Source of the DNA: a virus
IMG/VR virus record: IMGVR_UViG_3300020045_004291
Coordinates: 1-64,000 of that record
Length of the DNA stretch: 64,000 bases
Reading direction: 5' to 3' (one strand)
The position numbers and the translations under genes are program-made. Positions 8,433 through 15,910 of this stretch are shown in pieces (the stretch's first letter is position 1; every line of letters begins with the position of its first letter). The notes under the pieces are model-generated. The model was not told the DNA's origin. It made no database searches and was given only the letters and a program-made list of their open reading frames with translations.

Positions 8433-10549
8433 AGCGTGTCCCCTCCAAGTTCAACATCATTCGATACGCTCTTAATCTGCGCATCACGCTCTGAGGTTAG
8501 CGAATCAATCGCTACCTGCTCGCGCTTGAACGTCAGTTCAGCCTCAAACTGGCTGGAGTTCAGTTCGACCTCGGTTGCAAGCTTATCACGCTCGAATCTG
8601 TCCTTTGTCTCGATCTCAGCCATGCGGAGGGTGTATTCTTGCTGCAACTTGGCCTGGTCGTACTGAGATTGCGCCAAAGCCTTCGCGGCATCCTGTTGCA
8701 AGCGTTGTTGTTCAAGCTGTAATTTGGCCTGACCTTCCAGCACCTTCGGATCAGGCGGGGGTGGTGCAGGAGGTTGAAACTCTTTAGGGTCAGCGACATA
8801 AAGTTCAGGCGATTTCACACCCAGCGACTTAATGGCAAACATCGCCGCGTTATAGACCTTTTCTTTATTCAGCAATGGCCCATCTGGGGATTGATCCGCC
8901 ATGATAAGCTTTTCCTGGATCATGCCCAATTGCTGGCCAACGATCATATCATGCTCACGCCCACCAGCACCGACGCCCACAGCAATCGTCATGTCGTCGC
9001 GTTGCCGCCAAGTGGACGGATCAACCGAAACGAATTGCTTGCCACGAAGGCGCACGGTCTCAGACACAGACGCACCGACCTCACGCAATGAGGCGTGCAG
9101 GCCTAGCAGGAAATCCTTGTAACCCGTCTCGGCAAAGGTGCGGGCAATCATCCGTAAGCGCTTCTGAGCGGCGTTAGCGAGGATTTGCAAGCCACCTTTG
9201 GTATCGTGAAGCGTGTCAGGATTCAGGCCCTGTGCGTTGCGCACAATGCCCGTGCGTTGCTCTGCGACCGTGGAGAAGTATTCAAGGTGCGAAAGCGGGT
9301 CATAGTTCAGGCCACCGGCGCTGATAGCATTGATTGTGCCCGCAGATCGCACACGAACCGGCATCCCCGGCTCATTGTTCAGCAGATCGTCGAGCGTGTT
9401 TTCATTCATGCCATTTTCAGCGACTTCAAAGCGCTGATTAAGGGCAAAGTAACCATTGTCAAGCGTCATGCGCATCAGGCTTGACTTGATCTTTTGGATT
9501 TCCATCAGTTTATCCGCGATGGAATCACCATAGAAGCGGTGCGGATTGATAAATGGCGTAATGGCCGCAAGCTGGATGCGTGACACCTCTTCGATGTCAA
9601 TCAGCGTATTGGTATAACCACGCCCGCCAGTCGTCACCTGATACAGGCACCACTCTTTTTCATCGGCATGGTATTTGCGGATGTAATGGCGGTATATCTC
9701 GACCTGCCTCATATCGCTTGTCGTGCCACCGACCATCTGCGATTCAGCTACCGTGTCACGGGCTTGAGCCTCGGCAGCCGTGCCATTCTCTGTCCATGCC
9801 GGTAATGCGTCGATTACATCAGGATCAAAGCCCAAGGCCAGCAATTCTTGCGCCCGTGGATGCGAGCGCACACAGCAATATGTAGCCGTGGCAAGTGACT
9901 TAGTGTCAGGAGCAACCGCCAAATCCTCAGAAGCGATGGCCTCAATGATCATGCGGCCTTTAGCGTTCTTAGGCGTAAATTCATAGTTGAATGTCGGCTG
10001 GCCCATGTCGTCAGGATCGCCAGTCGTAACATCAGAGACAACACCCTCCATGCCCGCCTTGAGCATTTCCATAGCGCTCTTGCCGGTCTGCATCTCTGCG
10101 GGCGGCTCAAACTCACCGTCCCAGCGCCATGAAAACACGCCAGTCTTACACGTCAACGCATCCTTGAACGCGGTATATAGCACCATCCATCCGCTGTTAC
10201 GCTGGAACAGCACATAATTGAGGTAATCGGTCTCTTGCTGTGCCGCCTCTATGTCATCCTCGGCCATAGGCTCAAAGACCACCACATCGTCCGACCCTGT
10301 GAAGATGTCAATCAGGTCAGGCATGGCGGTTTCAATAGCATCAGCTACATCAGTTGATACGACCTTAGAGCGGCCCTTAAGCTGCATCACAAGATCGGGC
10401 ATCTCACCTTTAACGTAGTTCAGCGCACGTTCGCGTTGCTCTGTCAGTTCGCCAGAGTTTGATGTGTCAAAGCCAATGGAGCGCGAGCATTCTGCGAGCA
10501 CATCCCCTAGCAGATCAGACTTTTCTTCGTCAGACAATTCTTCGCGCAT
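8429..10549 (-). CDS. Portal protein
   Basis: 706 aa, GRSKVVSTDVADAIE..MPDL motif, C-terminal coiled-coil barrel, downstream of terminase. Confidence 0.85.
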   Translation of the reverse strand: MREELSDEEKSDLLGDVLAECSRSIGFDTSNSGELTEQRERALNYVKGEMPDLVMQLKGRSKVVSTDVADAIETAMPDLIDIFTGSDDVVVFEPMAEDDIEAAQQETDYLNYVLFQRNSGWMVLYTAFKDALTCKTGVFSWRWDGEFEPPAEMQTGKSAMEMLKAGMEGVVSDVTTGDPDDMGQPTFNYEFTPKNAKGRMIIEAIASEDLAVAPDTKSLATATYCCVRSHPRAQELLALGFDPDVIDALPAWTENGTAAEAQARDTVAESQMVGGTTSDMRQVEIYRHYIRKYHADEKEWCLYQVTTGGRGYTNTLIDIEEVSRIQLAAITPFINPHRFYGDSIADKLMEIQKIKSSLMRMTLDNGYFALNQRFEVAENGMNENTLDDLLNNEPGMPVRVRSAGTINAISAGGLNYDPLSHLEYFSTVAEQRTGIVRNAQGLNPDTLHDTKGGLQILANAAQKRLRMIARTFAETGYKDFLLGLHASLREVGASVSETVRLRGKQFVSVDPSTWRQRDDMTIAVGVGAGGREHDMIVGQQLGMIQEKLIMADQSPDGPLLNKEKVYNAAMFAIKSLGVKSPELYVADPKEFQPPAPPPPDPKVLEGQAKLQLEQQRLQQDAAKALAQSQYDQAKLQQEYTLRMAEIETKDRFERDKLATEVELNSSQFEAELTFKREQVAIDSLTSERDAQIKSVSNDVELGGDTL

Positions 10550-10641
10550 GATCCGCCCTTGCAGTTTGGAATTATTTACCCCGATTGGCCCGCTTTGGCA
10601 AATGTTTTTGCGATCATGGGAGTGTAAAGCAAGCTTTAACC

Positions 10642-11937
10642 CTAAACGCTACCATATGAAGGCATAGAAAGCTTTTGACTTGAACGCGGCGGTTCATGGC
10701 AAACACACAACAGCCCAAACGCATCGCTTGCGTGACTCGCCCAATTGTGATCAGGCCCAAGCCCCACGTTGCGCTTAACGTCGCGCTTCTCAGCATACGC
10801 AGCCAGTGCAGCAAGGCCAGCCTTACAGGTTTCCTCATTAAACCATATTGACGGCATAAGACGCCTTACCGCCTCAATACGCACCGACACCGCCCCAGCA
10901 TTGCCAGATCCTTCATTGCGTAGCGTTGTAACGCTCCACCCCGCCTCACGGAAAGCGCTTTCCCAACTGCCAGCGACGGGGCCATTTTGTGTCAGGCCGT
11001 CATGAGGCAGGAATATTTCAGCCTTGCCGGGGCCAAGACCCTTGGAGCGCAACCACGCAAAATGTTCAGCGGCTGGCTGGCCTTGCGATTCGTAATAGTT
11101 CAAAACCCTGACTTCACGTGCCACAAACTGCGCATCCCACATAGAGAACGCATCAGCCTTAGCCCCTGGCCCGCCAATATCGCAATATATACGCCTTGCC
11201 ATTAGAGGATCAGCCGACACCCGACCGATGCGGCCTTCTTGTCGCGCTATGTCAATCAGATCAGCAAAGTAAGCGCCCTCAATCGCTGCATCAAAATCTG
11301 TTTCCATCTCTCGCCTGTATTCATTTGCGGACATTTCAGCCTTGAGGTCTAGCAATTCAGCCTCCGGTATGATGCCAGTCTCAGAGGCTCTTAAGCGCAA
11401 CGAGAACCAATCGTCATTTGCCGCTGCCTTTTCATAAAGATCAGCAAAGGCATTGCGCCCCTTAGGCGTACCGATAAACACAGCCCACCCTTGCCGGTCA
11501 GCCAATGCGGGGCGGATCACCTCAGACCATGCAGCGGGAGGCATATCTGCGTATTCATCCAAGACAACGCCATCAAGGTAAATCCCGCGCATCCGGTCAT
11601 AGTTGTCAGCACCATAAAGCCTGACGCGTGCACCGTTAGGCAGATCAATACGCAATTCGCTTTCGTTGATTTGTGCCCCTGGTATAGGTGACACGGCCCG
11701 CTTAAGATACGTCCACACAACGTCTTTAGCCTGTGCGTAGTACGGCGCTATGTACGCAAAACGGCCCTCTTGCTTTTTACAGCGCAGGGCAGAATCAACC
11801 AGATCGTAAATAGAGGCAACAGTCTTGCCAGCGCGTCTGTGCGCTACCACAACGGCAAATCGTTGCTTGCGGCAATGGAAACCAACGAACTGTTTGCGAG
11901 ACGTGTAGTCCAGCCTAATCCTCTGCCCTTGGGACAC
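10642..11937 (-). CDS. terL: Terminase large subunit (type A, AHRRAGKT Walker A)
   Basis: VVAHRRAGKT Walker A, VVLDE Walker B, FIGTPKG, and C-terminal nuclease DIGG...HDG...SHASDA. Start uncertain; GTG at 11937 is likely and the ORF extends to 12003. Confidence 0.9.
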   Translation of the reverse strand: MSQGQRIRLDYTSRKQFVGFHCRKQRFAVVVAHRRAGKTVASIYDLVDSALRCKKQEGRFAYIAPYYAQAKDVVWTYLKRAVSPIPGAQINESELRIDLPNGARVRLYGADNYDRMRGIYLDGVVLDEYADMPPAAWSEVIRPALADRQGWAVFIGTPKGRNAFADLYEKAAANDDWFSLRLRASETGIIPEAELLDLKAEMSANEYRREMETDFDAAIEGAYFADLIDIARQEGRIGRVSADPLMARRIYCDIGGPGAKADAFSMWDAQFVAREVRVLNYYESQGQPAAEHFAWLRSKGLGPGKAEIFLPHDGLTQNGPVAGSWESAFREAGWSVTTLRNEGSGNAGAVSVRIEAVRRLMPSIWFNEETCKAGLAALAAYAEKRDVKRNVGLGPDHNWASHASDAFGLLCVCHEPPRSSQKLSMPSYGSV

Positions 11938-12319
11938 CAGTTTCCACCGTAAATGAAATAGACCCGCCGACCTTGGCATCGGTCTTATCAACCACCAGGC
12001 CATTAAGCTTGGCGTAGTCCATCAGGGCGGCCCTTGCTACCGATCCAGACGGCGCGTCCTCATTAACCGCAAAGCGATCATGCAAGGATGCGAGGCGATT
12101 AAGTATATCTACCTTACCCCAAACAGCCGATGCCTCAACTTTTCGGTTCAACTCTGCTACTCGCTCGTTAATGCTTGCATTGGCTTGCAGCAACTTTGTG
12201 CTAGCCCCCCGTGCACCGTTTGGCGAATAACCGGCGTCAATATACGCTTTTTCTTGAGACTTTCCCTCAAAAATCCCTCTAGCAAATGCTTCATGTCGCG
12301 GATTGTCAAGCAATGCCAC
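11915..12319 (-). CDS. terS: Terminase small subunit
   Basis: RHEAFARG...AYIDAGYS...A.KLL HTH signature; GGAGGT RBS before GTG at 12319. Confidence 0.8.
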   Translation of the reverse strand: MALLDNPRHEAFARGIFEGKSQEKAYIDAGYSPNGARGASTKLLQANASINERVAELNRKVEASAVWGKVDILNRLASLHDRFAVNEDAPSGSVARAALMDYAKLNGLVVDKTDAKVGGSISFTVETGVPRAED

Positions 12320-12348
12320 GCCCACCTCCAAAAATACGCCAATTTGCC

Positions 12349-13086
12349 TCAGCACTCATGGTCATTCCCCGCTTGCAATACAGCAGCTATCAGGCCGTTA
12401 CCCTCAATGTTCAGCTTAAGCCCTGAAAACTGTTTAACATAAAACGATGCGTTTTGCGCCTCCAGGGCCCATGAGTGTGTCGTGTGATACTCACGCTCCC
12501 CGACCTCGACAATCACATCATGCGCCCGACTGTGGCCCTGTGCGGCTGCGTGACTGTTGCCCTGCGCATCATAGCAACCATCCCATGCGTAGACGGTGAT
12601 CTCACGATACCCCATTGCATAAGCAAGCCCAATTGCACACAGCGTGATTGAAACACCAGTAGGTACGGTTTCCAGCCCCATATCGTCGGTTGATTCGTCG
12701 CCCACATGCCACAAGGTGACGTCAGCATCCCGCAGGACTTTAAACACGTACCTATGACACTTGGACGCCACCAGAAATTCTGTTAGCTGCGTCATCTCAG
12801 GCGGGATGAAATCAGCCACCAGTCGTTGTGGATCACACGCTGCCCAATAGTTCGGGACAAGCCCCTTTGCGGAAAACGTGCGTAAAGCCCCATTCAGAGC
12901 CATGCACGGATAATGGATAGGCGCATCTTTGAGGCTGGGGCCATTTGCGTAAATGTGCATGTGACCCAGATCGCCAACGACAGGCGCGACCCCATCAAGC
13001 CCAAGGCTCAGCGCATAACGGACATTAGAACGCAATGTCTCTGTGTCCACCGGCAACTGAGTTTGAAACCTGATAAGGTCGTCCAT
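12349..13086 (-). CDS. MptE-like / Maf (DUF115) domain protein
   Basis: IYANGPSL...ALNGA...PNYW..CDP motif. Confidence 0.6.
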   Translation of the reverse strand: MDDLIRFQTQLPVDTETLRSNVRYALSLGLDGVAPVVGDLGHMHIYANGPSLKDAPIHYPCMALNGALRTFSAKGLVPNYWAACDPQRLVADFIPPEMTQLTEFLVASKCHRYVFKVLRDADVTLWHVGDESTDDMGLETVPTGVSITLCAIGLAYAMGYREITVYAWDGCYDAQGNSHAAAQGHSRAHDVIVEVGEREYHTTHSWALEAQNASFYVKQFSGLKLNIEGNGLIAAVLQAGNDHEC

Positions 13087-13109
13087 ATTACGCGTTACCC
13101 ATGTTTGTT

Positions 13110-13451
13110 TTACGCAGCCCCAACAATTACACGCCAGCGGCCAGCAGACACCTGGCGATACTCGCAACCCGTGTTTGCGGCCTGAGCCTTAACGGCATTG
13201 GTAGCCAATGAATTAATCCAACCCCCAACCCCTGGGTACACATTTACCGCCGTTCCAGTACCGTTGAAAATCTGGATACCTGCACCCACTGGCAGGTCAG
13301 CAGGTAGGCGAACGCCACGGGCAGTGGATGACACGGTAGTCACAACAACGACCGGCACCTTAGGCACCAGGGTTGAGTTAGCCTGACTGTTTGAGCCAGC
13401 CGCCGCAACAGTTGTTACGTTAAGCTGTAAATGAGATCTAGTTGACGCCAT
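13110..13451 (-). CDS. Hypothetical beta-rich protein, first gene of the late operon
   Basis: 113 aa, GVRLP...VNVYP.VGG.IN motif; conserved in copy B. Confidence 0.65.
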   Translation of the reverse strand: MASTRSHLQLNVTTVAAAGSNSQANSTLVPKVPVVVVTTVSSTARGVRLPADLPVGAGIQIFNGTGTAVNVYPGVGGWINSLATNAVKAQAANTGCEYRQVSAGRWRVIVGAA

Positions 13452-13498
13452 GTGTAGGGCCTTTATGAGAGGACGGGCGCAATATGCGCGGAAGCCTT

Positions 13499-13527
13499 AA
13501 GTTACAACACCTCAGGGCTTGCGTCAA
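13499..13527 (-). promoter_or_regulatory. Putative sigma70-type promoter for the late operon
   Basis: TTGACG-N17-TAACTT on the minus strand; copy B has TTGGCG-N17-TAACTT at 53332-53360. Confidence 0.45.
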
Positions 13528-13529
13528 TG

Positions 13530-13697
13530 TCACTTGACCTCTTTTGCCAGCACAGAATAAACCGCCAACGCAGCTAAAAACCACCACCCGGAGCGGCCCT
13601 CAACAAAAACCGCATAGGCAGCACCACCAAAAAGGACTACAGCTATCACCGCATTAAAAGCCACAACCGCGCATATGATTATTGTTCTTTCTGTCAT
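13530..13697 (-). CDS. Small membrane protein (55 aa), copy A only
   Basis: Translated by hand: MTERTIIICAVVAFNAVIAVVLFGGAAYAVFVEGRSGWWFLAALAVYSVLAKEVK; start overlaps the upstream stop. Confidence 0.55.
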   Translation of the reverse strand: MTERTIIICAVVAFNAVIAVVLFGGAAYAVFVEGRSGWWFLAALAVYSVLAKEVK

Positions 13698-14038
13698 CAC
13701 AGCCCCTCCCCAACGGTTACAGTCCGCTTGATGTTGATACAGGCGATGCGTTTAAGGTAATCAGACACACCATCATCAGCATCGCTCTTTGTGTCGTAGG
13801 GCTGGCTTACAATGTTCTTATCATAAACATTAACCCAAACATCGATCTCAATAATTTCTGGCGCTTCTATGAGGTCTAATTGATTTTCCCCTAGGCGCAT
13901 AAAGTTGCCCGTCCCCCACCAAGAGTGAATATCAACTCCTATAATCCCCACAATAGGAAGCTTTCCCGGCCCATCAACGCACAACAGCCGCACCTCCCGA
14001 CCGCCCCGCGTCGTATATTTCTTATCCATGCTGATCAT
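13697..14038 (-). CDS. Hypothetical phage protein
   Basis: MISMDKKYTTRGGREVRLLCVD family-like; homolog at 53813-54157. Confidence 0.7.
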   Translation of the reverse strand: MISMDKKYTTRGGREVRLLCVDGPGKLPIVGIIGVDIHSWWGTGNFMRLGENQLDLIEAPEIIEIDVWVNVYDKNIVSQPYDTKSDADDGVSDYLKRIACINIKRTVTVGEGL

Positions 14039-14183
14039 TTTGGTCTTCTCCATTAACTTCCAAAAGCTTTGTTTCAACAACCGTAAACTCAACGTCAATG
14101 ACCGAATCATCAGGCTTGTGCATGTCATCAGGCCCGCGCGAGCTTTTAAACCACGGTGTAAATTCGTTCGCTACAATCATTTT

Positions 14184-14366
14184 TCAATCCTCTTCATGCC
14201 AATCGTAATAATTTTCAGTACCACCGAGATTTAGCGTGTGACGCGGCTTAACCTTTTTTATGACGTCGTAGGGCAGGTCGACGGCACATATGGTTCCGTC
14301 CTCTCGCTCTATGACTATCAAGAGATTAAAATCGTAATTCTGTAAATTTGCGCTAACGATTTTCAT
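14184..14366 (-). CDS. Small hypothetical protein, copy A only
   Basis: 60 aa ORF with GAGGAG RBS. Confidence 0.55.
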   Translation of the reverse strand: MKIVSANLQNYDFNLLIVIEREDGTICAVDLPYDVIKKVKPRHTLNLGGTENYYDWHEED

Positions 14367-14539
14367 GTCCGCTCCTCAATCCTCTTCATAGCTAATCGGC
14401 GCGCGACAGGCGTATCAAGCGCCCATCCCTTGCCGGGGTTTTGCGGAAATACGTCAATCCTGCCAATGGGGAATAAGTCTGACCCGCCCGCAATGCGTAT
14501 GTAGTTTTGCAGCTTAATCGTCGGGTGTTGGATCATTTT

Positions 14540-15232
14540 TCAACTCCCTTCTAAAGCCCACTGTTGCGCCATTGCGGCTGAAATTCCTGGGTAGGTCTCA
14601 GCCCGTTTAATCCATCTGTCACCGGATGGTGATTCTTTGTTCTGCCCGCTGTCAGTCTGATTTGACCACCGCTCAACACCGTTAACAAATCGTCCAACAA
14701 ACCGCTTTGTTCCGCGCAGCTCTGGCAAGTTGTGCAGCCAAAGGCACGTTCTTTTGCTTGCATCCTCTCCGAATTCATACGGCTGTATCGTCTGATCAGG
14801 CTTGCGCCATAATGTCGATAACATCCCAACTGGGTTTTCTATTGCCCACCTTTTGCACTTGCGTGTCGCCAGATCGATAAAATCCAGAAGCCACGCAAAC
14901 TGTTTTTCCTGTTCGTCGCGCCGAGCCTGACCGGTCAGCGTTCCTGGCTTCACCTTCTGATGATACCCAACTTCTGGATACTTCACAAAATCAGGGTCTT
15001 TAAACGCCCATGCCGCCGCACCTGTGTAAATCGTGCAGTCGGGATGAAATATCCCCAGATCGTAATAACCGTCAGGAACCTCCATCAAATGCGCCATTAT
15101 GTCGCCGGTTATGTGATACGGAGACCCAGAAACATCGGGAAGCAAATCACACGACCAAGCCGCAACACCAACGGCGCGCAATGCGTCCCGCGTATTTCCC
15201 CTACACTCCATACCTACAATGGCCCGCATCAC
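14540..15232 (-). CDS. Putative DNA cytosine methyltransferase-like protein, copy A only
   Basis: MECRG..RDAL...AWSCDLLP, D.GIFHPDCT, AIENPVG and K.TCLW motifs. Confidence 0.65.
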   Translation of the reverse strand: MMRAIVGMECRGNTRDALRAVGVAAWSCDLLPDVSGSPYHITGDIMAHLMEVPDGYYDLGIFHPDCTIYTGAAAWAFKDPDFVKYPEVGYHQKVKPGTLTGQARRDEQEKQFAWLLDFIDLATRKCKRWAIENPVGMLSTLWRKPDQTIQPYEFGEDASKRTCLWLHNLPELRGTKRFVGRFVNGVERWSNQTDSGQNKESPSGDRWIKRAETYPGISAAMAQQWALEGS

Positions 15233-15408
15233 GCGGCCTCATAATGCGATTTTGCGAAACACTCCTGCGACCCAAAACCTTGCGCACCGACAAGACCCAC
15301 CAAAAGGCGATCGCCGCGATCTTCGATAACCACAAAAGTCATGCACTCTTCGCCAGCCTCTGGCTTTGAATACTTAACCAATTGGCCCCTTTCGTAAGTC
15401 ATCTTCAT
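15229..15408 (-). CDS. Small early protein (59 aa), copy A only
   Basis: Translated by hand (MKMTYERGQLVKY...); GGAGGG RBS; first gene after the early promoter. Confidence 0.55.
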   Translation of the reverse strand: MKMTYERGQLVKYSKPEAGEECMTFVVIEDRGDRLLVGLVGAQGFGSQECFAKSHYEAA

Positions 15409-15447
15409 TCCCTCCGTTTGTGCGCCTCAGCGCCGTTTCGATAACCC

Positions 15448-15476
15448 ACACTAACCGAAACGATATTCGGTGTCAA
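15448..15476 (-). promoter_or_regulatory. Early promoter with palindromic operator
   Basis: TTGACA-N17-TAGTGT; the spacer carries an ACCGAA-N6-TTCGGT palindrome; retained in copy B. Confidence 0.65.
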
Positions 15477-15533
15477 CATAAATAATACGCATGACATGAT
15501 TATTTTGCCGCACGCAATTAACGGGGCCACATC

Positions 15534-15910
15534 AAGATCAGTAAAGGCCAGTAAAAGGATATTCTTGCCTTACTATCGCTAGTTCTGGTTTTGTTCCCCT
15601 AATAAAATCAATGATATCAATATCTTATATATATAATAGATTAAGATTAGTAAGATCAGTTCAATTTTTCTCTCTCTCTTTTTTATCTCTCATTTTTTAA
15701 AAAAATAAATATGTATAGGGGGGGGGGTCTTTCCTACTGATCTTGACCCCAAAAAATGACTCAAAAAAAATCACCAGAGCCGCCCGAAAAATTGGACAAA
15801 AAAAGACCCCTCCGCAAAAAACTGCGAGGGGCCTATATTCTTACTATCGTGTATCCTTCAATGATTTCAAAGGTTTAGCTTACTATCCTTTGACTACCCT
15901 TGTTACTATC
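15534..15910. other. Putative replication origin (AT-rich core with iteron-like repeats)
   Basis: AAGAT(C/T)AGT at 15534, 15643 and 15652, inverted at 15735. TTACTATC at 15570, 15841, 15880 and 15903. Lies at the 3' end of the primase gene. Confidence 0.65.
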
